In this document: piece after piece, positions 1 through 10,433 of the stretch
Position numbering within the stretch: the stretch's first letter is position 1
Layout of the letters: each line of letters begins with the position of its first letter
DNA from: Candidatus Bathyarchaeia archaeon
GTDB taxonomy: Archaea > Thermoproteota > Bathyarchaeia > Bathyarchaeales > Bathycorpusculaceae
Length of the DNA: 64,000 bases
NCBI GenBank assembly: GCA_049516875.1
Contig: JBEKSS010000001.1
Coordinates: forward strand, 192,001-256,000
Direction of reading: 5' to 3'
Notes under the pieces: generated by a model
The model's input: the letters and a program-made list of their open reading frames with translations, nothing else
What the model was told of the DNA's origin: nothing
Database searches by the model: none
Made by a program: the position numbers and the translations under genes

Positions 1-489
1 CCCCAGATGTTGCGGCTTCAAACGAGTCCCGACCTCTGCTGCAACATCTCCTCTTTGAATGTCCTCACCTTTTTTTGAAACATTCTCGCCTGGTGTCACT
101 TGGCTCCAAACCTGGATTTTTTCTTTCACTCTCTTGGTGTTTTCTAGCATCACCACGGCGTTTGCGCCTTCAGGAAGTGGGTTTCCCGTCCAGACCTGTT
201 TTGCCTTCCCAGCGTCTATTCGATTCTTGTCGGTTAGCTGGGCGACCTTAGGTTTGAACTGTGTTGCTCCGATGGTTTCTTCAGCTTCAATAGCGTATCC
301 GTCAACCGCCGACCTGTCGAATCTCGGCACGTCCACTTTGGCGACGACATTCTCGGCCAGAACGCGGTTCAAAACTGAATTTAGTGGAACAGTAGCGGTT
401 TTGAGCTGCTTGAACTCGATGGCTGCAAAAAACTTCTGCAGCGCGTCGTCGATTGACGTTAGTTTTTGGAAACCTTTGAGTCGCACCAA
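1..489 (-). CDS. moeA: Molybdopterin molybdotransferase MoeA, N-terminal part (runs off the window start)
   Basis: Not in ORF track; manual translation from TTG at 489: MVRLKGFQKLTSIDDAL...RVLAENVVAKVDVPRFDRSAVDGYAI...TGNPLPEGANAVVMLE...GENVSKKGEDI, typical MoeA motifs. Confidence 0.9.
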   Translation of the reverse strand, partial: MVRLKGFQKLTSIDDALQKFFAAIEFKQLKTATVPLNSVLNRVLAENVVAKVDVPRFDRSAVDGYAIEAEETIGATQFKPKVAQLTDKNRIDAGKAKQVWTGNPLPEGANAVVMLENTKRVKEKIQVWSQVTPGENVSKKGEDIQRGDVAAEVGTRLKPQHLG

Positions 490-554
490 AATTTGTACCC
501 ATAAACAGCACTGGAGGAATTGGTAGAAAAATGTATCGCAGCAAGCTCGCTGCT

Positions 555-1421
555 TTAGCTTCTAATCCACTCCTTTTGGAGTATGTCACGCATTTTTGCA
601 GCGTCTATATCTAGGATTGGGCTTTCGCTTATGATAACGGGTTTCAGCCTGAATTCGGATATAACCTCTGCCAGCATTTCAAATTCTGGTCCATAGCGTG
701 TTTCTTCAATTGTATGATGACGTTTCTCGCCTTTGCTTGTAAATTCGATTTTCGTGAAGTGGCAGTGCATGTTCTCAACTACTTCTGTTCCAAGCCTGAT
801 TTCTACGCTTTCCACAACCCTTCGAAAATCATCAACCGTGCGAAACCGTCCTAAGTCTCTTGCGTGCAAGTGTGACCAATCAATTACCAACTGCGTTTGT
901 TCAACCCTTTCGCATAGTTCTAGTATCTCATCCAAACTGCCAAGCTGACAAAGCCGGCCCATAGTTTCGGGACCGATCCTAACGTCATTGATTCCTAGCG
1001 ATCGGATAGCTTCAACTGTCTCTAGCAAAGCCTTTAGACATGTATCAAAGGCTTGTTTGGGCGACTTCTCACCGTAGAACCCTGGATGAAAAACGACGAC
1101 ATGTGCGTTCATCCATTTGGCCGCGGTGGCACACGCGATCAGTCGTTGTTTGCTTGCTTCAAGAATTTCCTTCCTGCCACAGAAGTTTATGAAATATGAA
1201 CCGTGCAGGCTGAGCCACACATCATTTTCTGCAGCGGCTAAGCCAAGCTCTTCGGCGTCCTCTTTCTTTATTTGTGGTTTCTTCCCCCAACGCACTGCCT
1301 CATATTCAAAGGCGTCAAGATCCTCTTCCTGCAAAAGTCTTGGAACGTCAGCTAAGGCCGCCTTCATACACCTGAATGATGGAGGAACCCCAGCCGGACC
1401 AAACCTGGGGTGGTCAGCCAT
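555..1421 (-). CDS. Endonuclease IV-like TIM-barrel (AP endonuclease family 2)
   Basis: RFGPAG start, HGSYFIN, HPGFY, ETMG, DWSHLHAR, HCHF, ISESP motifs of archaeal Nfo-like proteins. Confidence 0.85.
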   Translation of the reverse strand: MADHPRFGPAGVPPSFRCMKAALADVPRLLQEEDLDAFEYEAVRWGKKPQIKKEDAEELGLAAAENDVWLSLHGSYFINFCGRKEILEASKQRLIACATAAKWMNAHVVVFHPGFYGEKSPKQAFDTCLKALLETVEAIRSLGINDVRIGPETMGRLCQLGSLDEILELCERVEQTQLVIDWSHLHARDLGRFRTVDDFRRVVESVEIRLGTEVVENMHCHFTKIEFTSKGEKRHHTIEETRYGPEFEMLAEVISEFRLKPVIISESPILDIDAAKMRDILQKEWIRS

Positions 1422-1439
1422 TGAAATCCCTTGATTCTT

Positions 1440-2303
1440 CTATTTCTTCCTGTATCGGTAGCTTTTCCGCGCATATTCCCCGTAAAACAGAATCAACAGA
1501 ACTGAAATCCACGCCGCAGTGTTTTGGAAGACCAAGTACTTACCAGCGGGATCTAAATTCGCCAAGGGCTCGATTAAGCCGCCAAGAGCAAGACCCAAGT
1601 CTCTAACCCCAGGGGCGATGGCCAGCAGACCATTGTTTATTGTTGAAGCGATCCAACCTATGGGCGATACAGCTTGCGCAAAGCCTCTTAAAGAATTGGC
1701 GACAGACACAACAAAGTCATACAGTGAAGAATGGTTTTGATAGGCGCTCGATATAGTCTGATAGACAAGCGCCGGATATGCCAGCAAAGATACTATGAGA
1801 ACGAGTACCAGAAAAGCTAGAAATACGGTTAAGGCGCTTTTGATGGTCGCCCTTGCAAAATATATTTTTTCCCAGAGATAGGAAATTCCTCTGACTCTGG
1901 CGGGACCTGGCTTTGTCTTGTCAAGAGAACTTTTTGTAGTTTGGCTTGCTTTAGATGTTGGTTGCTTCATTTCCGTTCTTCTTCCACCGGAGGCTTCAGT
2001 TCTTCCTACTCTCTGCAGTGGCTTCACCGAAAGCTTCTTTGTAAAGTACATCCAAGTGAACAAAAGTGTAACAACAACGGCCGTTGGAACTAGGTGAAAC
2101 AATGGACTGATGGTGGTTGTCACTGGCCAATTGATTGTCAGAACACCTACATCTTTTACGCCCAAATCCATAGCGTATACGACCACAAGATATTCAGCTA
2201 ACACTGCCACCGCCAAGAATACGATTGGTGTAATTAACCCCTTCAATGTTATCCAGCGAATGACTAGACGCTTTGGGGTAGGTTGAGATGACAAGCATTT
2301 CAC
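1440..2303 (-). CDS. Multi-pass membrane protein of unknown function
   Basis: 287 aa ORF with several hydrophobic segments. Confidence 0.7.
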   Translation of the reverse strand: MKCLSSQPTPKRLVIRWITLKGLITPIVFLAVAVLAEYLVVVYAMDLGVKDVGVLTINWPVTTTISPLFHLVPTAVVVTLLFTWMYFTKKLSVKPLQRVGRTEASGGRRTEMKQPTSKASQTTKSSLDKTKPGPARVRGISYLWEKIYFARATIKSALTVFLAFLVLVLIVSLLAYPALVYQTISSAYQNHSSLYDFVVSVANSLRGFAQAVSPIGWIASTINNGLLAIAPGVRDLGLALGGLIEPLANLDPAGKYLVFQNTAAWISVLLILFYGEYARKSYRYRKK

Positions 2304-2656
2304 CGTAATCTACTGATCGCCGTTAAGTTGAATACGTGCTGGAAATATGAAGGTTCTCATTAAAAAGGGTAACGTTGGAGAGTCCTGCCAGGCAACTCCG
2401 ATTTTCTCAGTTAAAAGAAGGTGCGAAGCCTGAATACATCTGATGCAATAAGTCAGTGTGCACTTGAACAGTAAAGGATTTAGGGCGCACGCGATTGGAA
2501 AAAAAGTCCTGTTCTCTGGAAATGTTTAAACGGTTTGAAGAGGAAGTGTTAACAGATCTTAGAACAATTAGAACCGTGTTAGTCCTGGAGTGAAATGCAA
2601 CGACGGGCAAAGCGGAACGACTAGAACTTTACAAGAATCGGAATACGCAAGTATTT

Positions 2657-3580
2657 TTGAGCAAATTCTTAAGTGGTGAACTCAACGAAATTGAGCCTTC
2701 CTATGATCCTAAACTTGGATATCGATACAAGACAGTTGAAACTATTGTCGGAGACCCTTCAAAGGCCGAAGCATTTTTGGACAACCTCTATGAGGCTGAA
2801 ATACTGACGAGGAACCTTCACGATGAAGTTATCTTTTGTCCAAAATGCAATTCCGCAGGTATTTCTATCCGCTATTGTTGTCCATACTGTAAATCATTCA
2901 ACATCAAGAGGAGTTCCTTGATTGAACACGTCAAATGCGGGTACATGGATGTGGAAGAAAACTTTCACAAAGGTGACAAACTCGTCTGCCAGAAATGTCA
3001 TGATGAACTGAGAAAATCCGATGTTGACTACAGACGGGCTGGAATATGGTGCACCTGCAAGGACTGCAGCAAGAGCTTCGACATTCCTGTTGTCAAACTA
3101 TTCTGCCGTGACTGCCATGAAGATTTCACATTCGAGAACGCAGTGATCAAGGAAGTCTATACTTATGCTCTGAAAGAAGAGGCTAGAAGAGAAGCCGCCG
3201 GAGGCTGGGTTTTGATTTCACCCATAAGTGAGTTTCTTGTACAGAACGGGTTTGAGGTAAAGAGCCCTGCCTTCTTGAAGGGGAAGTCTGGGGCTAATCA
3301 CATGTTCGACATAGTCGCCTCAAGAGGAGAAACCGCAAAAAGGGTAACGGTGATTGATCTAGCAATGTCAGCTGACAACGTTGTGTCAGAGCAGCCTGTA
3401 ATTACGCTGTTCGCGAAGATATTTGATGTATTGCCTGACACTGCCTACCTCATCGCAATTCCCAAGCTGAATGACAATGCGAGGAAAATGGCAGAATTAT
3501 ATAATATTCAGGCAATCGAAGCTAAGAACCAAAAAGAAGCAATAAACAACCTGAAAGAAAAAGTGATAGGAACAAAGTAA
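2657..3580 (+). CDS. TackOD1-type multi-Zn-ribbon protein with C-terminal restriction-endonuclease-like domain
   Basis: Several CxxC pairs (CPKC, CPYC, HVKCG, CQKC, CKDC, CRDC); C-terminal GKSGANHMFD motif; real start probably near 2595 (see findings). Confidence 0.7.
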   Translation: MSKFLSGELNEIEPSYDPKLGYRYKTVETIVGDPSKAEAFLDNLYEAEILTRNLHDEVIFCPKCNSAGISIRYCCPYCKSFNIKRSSLIEHVKCGYMDVEENFHKGDKLVCQKCHDELRKSDVDYRRAGIWCTCKDCSKSFDIPVVKLFCRDCHEDFTFENAVIKEVYTYALKEEARREAAGGWVLISPISEFLVQNGFEVKSPAFLKGKSGANHMFDIVASRGETAKRVTVIDLAMSADNVVSEQPVITLFAKIFDVLPDTAYLIAIPKLNDNARKMAELYNIQAIEAKNQKEAINNLKEKVIGTK

Positions 3581-3594
3581 AAGACGTCCTTAGG

Positions 3595-3660
3595 TCAGTT
3601 GCCCGCAAGCACTAATTTTCTTCCTGATTCTGCAGTAATTTTGAGGTTGTACGTTTTTCT
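3595..3660 (-). pseudogene. C-terminal fragment of a pilin-like gene
   Basis: Reads KTYNLKITAESGRKLVLAGN*, resembling the Y-x-x-x-I-x-T/A-x-x-G C-terminus of the adjacent pilin; no intact upstream part. Confidence 0.3.
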
Positions 3661-3814
3661 GGCAAGGTTACGCAGCCAGACAACTTAATGTGAATCTCGG
3701 ACTTTAGTGCATGTTTCCTAGCCGCATCTCTGACGTGTTGAGATCACAAACATAGCGCAAAGCGTGCCGATAACCTCAAAGAACTACATCGGAACCATGA
3801 TAACTACCGTGCAC

Positions 3815-4234
3815 TTATGGCGCTTCAAAGTAGTCTCTAACATGCGTCCCCCTCGTTGTAACAATATCCACATAGTATGTGCTGCCCGAAATCCAGTTTT
3901 GTGAAATACTGAACCACCGATGTTCTCCTATTTCGAGCCTGAAAGGTCCTGCGAAAGACTGGGAAGTGTGGTTTACATAGACCCCGGAGACTTGGATGAC
4001 CACTTGGCCGACATTTCGAAGGTAGACATCGATACTTTGCGTCGAATTGTTGAACCACAAATCTTCTATGATGACACGCTCACTCATTGTTTCTCGAAGG
4101 TTGGTCGTTATGACATAAGTTGCTGTGGTGGCAAGTGCCATGGCCGCGACAGCCACGACTGTTAGCAGTAGATTGCTGAGAACGGGAGTTATAGCCCGTT
4201 TGTCCCGGATGAGTTTTTGGAGCATTTTAGCCAT
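3815..4234 (-). CDS. Type IV pilin/archaellin-like protein
   Basis: Class III signal peptide DKRA|ITPVLSNLLLTVVAVAAMAL. Confidence 0.85.
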   Translation of the reverse strand: MAKMLQKLIRDKRAITPVLSNLLLTVVAVAAMALATTATYVITTNLRETMSERVIIEDLWFNNSTQSIDVYLRNVGQVVIQVSGVYVNHTSQSFAGPFRLEIGEHRWFSISQNWISGSTYYVDIVTTRGTHVRDYFEAP

Positions 4235-4243
4235 CTTGTCGCC

Positions 4244-5059
4244 TCATAGGAAGAGTTTCAGGGCTACGTAACCGCACAGCATTAGGAATAAGCTGTGCTT
4301 CAATCCAGCTTTTATTGTTCCGTCTCCCATTTTTCCAGCAACGAGTCCCCCGAAAAAAGCCTGAATTGATGTCATGTGAAAGAATATTCGTTCAATTGCA
4401 CCTGGAGACATCTCTGCAGTCGCGAGCATTGACAAGCTCTGTATGCTTGCAAAAAACGATCGGAAAAGCAGGATTATGGTGAAAAGAAAAACGAAAAAAG
4501 CCACATAGATTATTGCAATGTATGGTCTAGTTTGGGTTCGACGTTCCTTGTCAAGAAGAAGCGTCGTTTGTATGAACTTGCCCATAGGGTCGAATACCTT
4601 CTCAACTCGCCCTCCTGACCGGCTTGCCTCGATAATCATCGGCACGGTTCTCTGCATCAACACGGTGTTAACTCGCTTTCCCAAACTCAAGAGACTCTCT
4701 TCAAAACTCATTCCCCAGGAAATCTGTGCCGTCATCTTCTTCAATTCTTCGGTGAGCGGTCCGTAGTCCCTCTTAGATGCCTCCTCTATAGCTTGGGGCA
4801 GGGTCATTCCTGTCTCTTGAGCTTGTACAATGCTTCTAAAAAGATCTGGTAAGTGTTCATCTATGGCTTTTCTCCACTTATAATCCACATAGTTCAACAT
4901 TGCAGCCGGAAAAACAGATACTATGATGGCGAAGAACGCGAACTCATCGAACGTGGCTGTCGACCAAAACCTAAGAAATCCATACGACATTATAGCTGCA
5001 GCTAGCGCGACTGAGACTATCCACGTTGTTTTCTTCAGTTTGTCATTTATTCTTGGCAT
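4244..5059 (-). CDS. Type II/IV secretion platform membrane protein (TadC/GspF-like)
   Basis: IDEHLPDLFR, GMTLPQA, YGPLTEEL, FFGGLVAGKM motifs; in operon with ATPase. Confidence 0.88.
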   Translation of the reverse strand: MPRINDKLKKTTWIVSVALAAAIMSYGFLRFWSTATFDEFAFFAIIVSVFPAAMLNYVDYKWRKAIDEHLPDLFRSIVQAQETGMTLPQAIEEASKRDYGPLTEELKKMTAQISWGMSFEESLLSLGKRVNTVLMQRTVPMIIEASRSGGRVEKVFDPMGKFIQTTLLLDKERRTQTRPYIAIIYVAFFVFLFTIILLFRSFFASIQSLSMLATAEMSPGAIERIFFHMTSIQAFFGGLVAGKMGDGTIKAGLKHSLFLMLCGYVALKLFL

Positions 5060-5063
5060 TTTA

Positions 5064-6071
5064 TCACCACTTAGGTGATACCGTATCCAAGATTATTAGG
5101 AAGGTTATTGCGCCCAATGGGATTCCCATGTATGTTAGTAGTTCTAACATGAGATCTGGGCTAATTATCCCAAAATTACCTCCGCCAAGCATCGCCATGA
5201 CGACGAGCATTATTACCAGAAACAATGGACCTGTCAAGAGAAGGGTTACGTAAAACTCTGACAACATCGACAGAGTATCTGAATACTTCTTGAGGTTTAT
5301 TCTCTTCAGCCTCATGTATTCCTTGGATTTTTCCCGAAGATAAGCTGCCAAATTGCCTCCTGAATGAATTGTTGTGATGAATCCTTCAATCGTCTCGCGG
5401 AATCTCTGAGAAGGAGTTCGCTTCGACGTTTCCTCGAGAGCAGAAATTATGTCTGAGCCAAAAAGGTTCACATCCCTCACAACGTTCTTTGCCTCTGCGG
5501 TCACAGCTAGCGGCAGGCTGAGATTCGACAGTGAGTAGAATATCTTTTCTGGGGAGACGCCAGCACTCGTTAGGATCGCCATGTAACCTGTTGTGAATGG
5601 CAATTCATCTTCCAATTCTCTCTTGAGCATGTCCGCACGATAAATCGGATAGAGATAGAACCCGAGAATTGAGAATGCGAAAGCGAACAAGCTTCCGCCG
5701 ACACCGAACAAGACCGCTGGTAAAAGTGGCAAATTGAAAACTAGAAATAGCAAGCATGGTATCAGCAAAATGGTAGTAGTGCAAATTAATGCCGTAGCGA
5801 AGATTGTCAGACTGACGTACGCCTTGAAGTTGACTTTAAGCCCTGACCTATGTAGTTTTACGTCCAAATCTTTGAACAAAGGCAGAACCCATGCTGTTTT
5901 GTCTCCAATAATATTGTAAGCTACAGATTGTGGACTTTCAAACGGAATCTTGAACTTTTTCTTGGGCACTTCTCGTTTGGCCCTAGGTGATTTCAAAAGA
6001 GACCGTCCTAGCCTCATTCTTAGACGAACGTAGAATGCCTTGATTTTTTCAAGAGGTTTCCCGTTTTTCAC
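5064..6071 (-). CDS. Type II/IV secretion platform membrane protein (TadB/TadC-like)
   Basis: ELPFTTGYMAIL, RTPS..FRE, SGGNL motifs, TM helices. Confidence 0.88.
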   Translation of the reverse strand: MKNGKPLEKIKAFYVRLRMRLGRSLLKSPRAKREVPKKKFKIPFESPQSVAYNIIGDKTAWVLPLFKDLDVKLHRSGLKVNFKAYVSLTIFATALICTTTILLIPCLLFLVFNLPLLPAVLFGVGGSLFAFAFSILGFYLYPIYRADMLKRELEDELPFTTGYMAILTSAGVSPEKIFYSLSNLSLPLAVTAEAKNVVRDVNLFGSDIISALEETSKRTPSQRFRETIEGFITTIHSGGNLAAYLREKSKEYMRLKRINLKKYSDTLSMLSEFYVTLLLTGPLFLVIMLVVMAMLGGGNFGIISPDLMLELLTYMGIPLGAITFLIILDTVSPKW

Positions 6072-7675
6072 TTTAGTCCAACTCTGGCTTTTTGGAAAAC
6101 ACGATCTGGATTAGCGTAATACTCTCGAATGACACTTGCAACTTCTGTGTAATGACGGATGCCTTTGCTTGTCATCCAATCTAACACCGTTTGTCTTCGA
6201 CTCAACTCGCGTTTTACTTCTTCTTCATCGATTTCCAATTTCTTCATCTGTTTCTCCAAGAGGGTGCTGTGGTTTGAGCAGGAGAATCTGTCGAATTTCG
6301 GGTTCCAGTGGAAAACCTCTTCAGTGACTATGTTTCTTGACTGTTGATCAAGCCCCAGAACCTCTGTTGTCGTGTTTATTCTCCTCGCCGGTTTGCCGTC
6401 AACTTCTGTCCTTGCCATGACCATTACTACGTTTGTCATAGCTACCAGCGGCTTCGGAATATTCATAGGTTCAGATTCTAGTCGGTTTATCACTGCCTCA
6501 ACCGATTCGGCGTGTATTGTGCACATTCCTAGGTGGCCTGTTGCCATGGCCTGAAACAATGTGTAGGCTTCCTCACCGCGGACCTCCCCCACAATTATGT
6601 AGTCAGGCCTTTGCCTTACTGCAGCTTTCAACAGATCGAAAAGCGTGATTGATCCGCTCTTCTTGTCCTCATGCCCGAAGCCTAGCCGCACGACCGAAGG
6701 TATCCAGTTTTCATGGGGCAGGTTAAGCTCTTGAGTGTCCTCTACACTAACCACCTTCATTTCGGGCTTTATGAACATCGACAAGCAGTTTAACATCGTT
6801 GTTTTTCCAGAGGCTACACCTCCTGCTACCAAGACCGAGGCCCTGTTTTCCACAACGTACCACAAGTACGCAGCCATTTCTGAGGAAATAGTTTTGAATG
6901 CAATCAAGTCGGAGATAGTTAACGGGTCAACTCTGAAACGTCGAATCGTAAAAGTTGAACCTCTTCGCGTGATTTCATTCCCATAAGTGAGCTGAACACG
7001 ACTTCCATCTGGAAGTGACGCGTCCAGAATCGGCGATGCTATCGAAATGTTTTTCCCGGACAGATATGCCATGCGAATTGTGAAGGAGTCCAATTCCGCA
7101 TCAACGTTGAATATGATGTTTGTGGGCAAGGATTCGTAGATTCTGTGCCAGACGTAGATTGGAATGTTTACCCCATCTGCGGATATGTCTTCGATAAGAT
7201 GGTCTTTCATTAATGGATCTATCTTACCGTAGCCTATGAAATCTCTTATTATGTAGTATGTAAACTTGTCAATGGCTTCCGGTGGCACTTTAATCCGGTA
7301 TTTTCTAATTATCTTCTTTGTCTGTTCTCTCAGATAGCTTTCTGCTTTTTCCCTCGTTTCTATTTCCTTGAGGTTCACGTCAACTTCTTCAATAAGCAGA
7401 GCCTTCACTTCTTTTAGTTGCTTCTCTTCCTCTCTCTGAAGAGTCGGCTCTATGACTTCGTAGCGTATTTTCTGTGTTTCTGGATCTTTGACTATGGCTG
7501 CATAGACGTAAGGCTCTTGTATAGGGTAGGCTTCTCTGAAAGCCGTCGGTCTCTTGGCTTCCTCTTTCAACGTGATGTCTACGGTTGTCTTTTCCACTGT
7601 GGACGCTTTTGACACTGATTCTTTCATCGTTGGTACTGCCCTCTTTAGTTTAGACTGTATAGTACTTTTCGACAT
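6068..7675 (-). CDS. Type IV pilus assembly ATPase (VirB11/FlaI family)
   Basis: Walker A GGVASGKTT, RQRPDYIIVGEVRG, ATGH; start placed at ATG 7675 downstream of a TATA-like TTTATTAA (ORF track extends to 7726). Confidence 0.93.
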   Translation of the reverse strand: MSKSTIQSKLKRAVPTMKESVSKASTVEKTTVDITLKEEAKRPTAFREAYPIQEPYVYAAIVKDPETQKIRYEVIEPTLQREEEKQLKEVKALLIEEVDVNLKEIETREKAESYLREQTKKIIRKYRIKVPPEAIDKFTYYIIRDFIGYGKIDPLMKDHLIEDISADGVNIPIYVWHRIYESLPTNIIFNVDAELDSFTIRMAYLSGKNISIASPILDASLPDGSRVQLTYGNEITRRGSTFTIRRFRVDPLTISDLIAFKTISSEMAAYLWYVVENRASVLVAGGVASGKTTMLNCLSMFIKPEMKVVSVEDTQELNLPHENWIPSVVRLGFGHEDKKSGSITLFDLLKAAVRQRPDYIIVGEVRGEEAYTLFQAMATGHLGMCTIHAESVEAVINRLESEPMNIPKPLVAMTNVVMVMARTEVDGKPARRINTTTEVLGLDQQSRNIVTEEVFHWNPKFDRFSCSNHSTLLEKQMKKLEIDEEEVKRELSRRQTVLDWMTSKGIRHYTEVASVIREYYANPDRVFQKARVGLK

Positions 7676-7783
7676 ATATTGTGTCGCTAGTCTTAATAAA
7701 TGATATGCACAACTAATCCTTAGCACACTTAACGCAAGTGAAACTTAAAAAAGCTCAAAACAGCTATTCCTCTGGGTCTTCGA

Positions 7784-8110
7784 TTGAAAATTAAAAGGGA
7801 AGAAGCTGGCAACAGTCAAAAACCTAAACTCGCAAAAGACCACTCGCAAGAAAAATCAAACAGTAAGAAATCAAAACCTCTAGATGCGTTTCAGGCAAGA
7901 TCAGAGGAAAACAGCACCGAGGGCAAAGTGCGAGGCGTGTTGTTCTGTCCAAAATGCGGTTCAACTGACGTTTTTTGGGCCTCCGGTCTTCCCCAACTTT
8001 GGTCCGTTTGGGATTGCAGAAACTGTAGGTATCGCGGCGCCCTCATACTTAGAGATAGCAAGCTAGCAAAAAAACTCAGAGAAGTATATGCCAAAAGATT
8101 TGCAAAATGA
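7784..8110 (+). CDS. Small Zn-ribbon protein
   Basis: FCPKCGS...WDCRNCRYRG. Confidence 0.65.
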   Translation: MKIKREEAGNSQKPKLAKDHSQEKSNSKKSKPLDAFQARSEENSTEGKVRGVLFCPKCGSTDVFWASGLPQLWSVWDCRNCRYRGALILRDSKLAKKLREVYAKRFAK

Positions 8111-8166
8111 TAAGACCAGCTTGGTTTCGGACTTCTCTTCTTAGCTTTTTTCCAATTCTTGTTGTT

Positions 8167-8759
8167 CTATTCTATTGTTGCGTGTCTGCGTTTCAAATCT
8201 GCTTCAGTTCGACCCATTCTATGCATTAATTCGACTACCAAACTGTCCAGAAAAACCATGCAGTTAATCTCGAAGATGCTCCCAAGGGGAGTCAGTGGTT
8301 CGCGTTCACCGATAATTTGTCTGACCAAGTAGTCTTCTTCTACGGGCATACCCGCCTTTGTCCTCCCCTTAACTGTGACCACCAGGTCAGCCAGTTGTCC
8401 TAGAGCAGATTCTAGGAAAGACGTGATTGCCACAACGTTGGCGCCAATTTCTTTGGCGGCCGTACTCGCGGTCAACACAATCTTTGTGCTGCCCGTGCCT
8501 GAAATGGCTATAAGCAGATTTCCGCTGCTGGTGTTATAGTTTCGCCCAGAAAATATACGTTGAAGCCCAAATTCATCAGGCGCAAAGCAAAAGCCCTAGC
8601 TACGAATCCGCTTCTTCCCATTCCAACAGTGAATATCTTCTTTTCCTTTGCTTCAAGGATAAGCTCGATAAGTCGCTCGACCTCTTTCATGTTAAGCGCT
8701 TCAATAGAGACTTTTATGCACTCAACAATTTCGTCTGCTGCGGCCTTTAACCATTTCAA
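8167..8759 (-). pseudogene. hxlB: 6-phospho-3-hexuloisomerase (SIS domain), frameshifted near 8520
   Basis: GMGRSGFV..FALRL..LG, GETITPA in one frame; LLIAISGTGST...PLGSIFE...RRHATIE in another frame. Confidence 0.85.
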
Positions 8760-8817
8760 CCGCTTGAATCTCCCCGACGAACGCTTTACACCAGGTCCAA
8801 ATTAAAAGGCTTCTGGT

Positions 8818-9612
8818 TCAGAACAAACGTGCTAATAGACTATGTAGTGACGGGATCCCGACAAACAATCGAACATAAATCGCCGACGCCAGAAGCCCAA
8901 TGGTGATGGCCATCATGACAATATCGCCTATATGCATCCTTAACACATACAAGTTCGTGCGTTTCTTTGTGGCTCCCCAAGCACGAGACTCCATGGCTTC
9001 AGCTAATTCTAAGCTTCTACGAATCGCGCTCACAATCAAGGGGATAAGAATTGGAATATAGTTTCTGATTCTCTTTAAGAAGTTACCTTTTTCAAGCTCT
9101 AATCCCCTAGCCTTTTGAGCGTCCATGATTGTTTGAGCTTCCTCTGCCAAAACCGGGACAAAACGCACCGCCGTTGTGAAGGCAAAAACGAACTCGTACG
9201 GCACATGTGTCTGTTCCATGGCAAGACCCAAGTGATCTGGCGAAGTTGTAAGAAAGAAAACGGAGAAGGATTCCACAAGTACTACGAAACGCAACGTCAA
9301 AGCTGTAGCAGTTTCCACCCCATCAGCTGTGAGTACGTAGTTGCTGCTGAAAAACCTGAAGATTAAATTAGTCGAGAAGATTATAGCAGCCAGAAATGCT
9401 GCCCCACGCATTGAACGAAGCCATTCACGTTTGACGCCGGCCAAGAGAACAAATGGAATTTGAATGAGGAAAAGCGCTATCAGGGGCAGAAGTTCCCCGA
9501 AAATAATCGCAACTGCAAAGATAGCAATCACATAGACAAACTTTATCCTTGGGTCTAGATTATGTATCGGCGAGTAGACTCTCCGAAACTTGAGTCCGTT
9601 GAAAACGCTCAT
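8818..9612 (-). CDS. ecfT: ECF transporter transmembrane T component
   Basis: LDPRIK, QKARG and AMESRAW (two X-Arg-X motifs). Confidence 0.92.
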   Translation of the reverse strand: MSVFNGLKFRRVYSPIHNLDPRIKFVYVIAIFAVAIIFGELLPLIALFLIQIPFVLLAGVKREWLRSMRGAAFLAAIIFSTNLIFRFFSSNYVLTADGVETATALTLRFVVLVESFSVFFLTTSPDHLGLAMEQTHVPYEFVFAFTTAVRFVPVLAEEAQTIMDAQKARGLELEKGNFLKRIRNYIPILIPLIVSAIRRSLELAEAMESRAWGATKKRTNLYVLRMHIGDIVMMAITIGLLASAIYVRLFVGIPSLHSLLARLF

Positions 9613-10433
9613 TTGCCGCCCTTCTCCAACATCTCTAGTAGAATTTTCCGCGCCTCATAGATGTCGATGACATCCAACCGAACGTTCAGGTCCCGGAGTT
9701 CTAGGAATATCTGCGCTATCTGAGGAGGCACAATCGATGCTTGTGTCAAGATGCCCTGGTCTGTGAGGATCGTTCTTGCTTCGCCGTCGGCGATGATTTT
9801 TCCTTCACGCATCAACAGAACCCTTGGGTTGCATTCAGCCACAAATTCGACGTCGTGTGTAACGATGATTACAGTTTTTTTCTGAGTCTTCATCTGCATG
9901 ATGAACTGTCGGAGTTTTTCTTTTTGTTCATAATCCTGTCCTATAGTTGGCTCGTCCAATATCAACATCGCCGGATCCCAAGCTAACACTGAAGCCAAAG
10001 CCACACGCTTTCTTTCTCCTCCACTGAGCAAGAATGGAGATGTCTTTCTGTACTGAGTTAACCCTAATAGGTTCAGGGCCCAAGTTATCCTTTTTTCGAT
10101 GATTTCTTCACTGAAATTGAAATTTCTCAGAGCAAACGCTATTTCTTCCTCTACTGTTTCACTAAAAAGTTGATTGTCCGGATTTTGAAAAACAAATCCA
10201 ACGTTTCGGGAAAGAGTTGCCACACTGACCTTTTTCGTGTCAACTCCGTCTACGAACACCTGTCCGGTGCTTGGCTTAAGCAGACCGTTGAAATGTTTCA
10301 CTAATGTTGTCTTTCCAGCTCCATTCTGTCCCATTATAGCGACAAACTCGCCTTCTTCAATGGTTAAGCATATTCCCTTCAATGCTTCCACATCGTTTTG
10401 ATACGTAAAATGGACATCTTTGACTTCTATCAT
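9609..10433 (-). CDS. ECF transporter ATPase A'
   Basis: GQNGAGKT, FQNPDNQ, LSGGE, DEPT. Confidence 0.92.
   Translation of the reverse strand: MIEVKDVHFTYQNDVEALKGICLTIEEGEFVAIMGQNGAGKTTLVKHFNGLLKPSTGQVFVDGVDTKKVSVATLSRNVGFVFQNPDNQLFSETVEEEIAFALRNFNFSEEIIEKRITWALNLLGLTQYRKTSPFLLSGGERKRVALASVLAWDPAMLILDEPTIGQDYEQKEKLRQFIMQMKTQKKTVIIVTHDVEFVAECNPRVLLMREGKIIADGEARTILTDQGILTQASIVPPQIAQIFLELRDLNVRLDVIDIYEARKILLEMLEKGGK

Noticed and set aside
59-589. ORF-track calls 59-526 (+) and 302-589 (-)
   Set aside because: Antisense or out of frame to the real moeA gene, which runs off the window edge.
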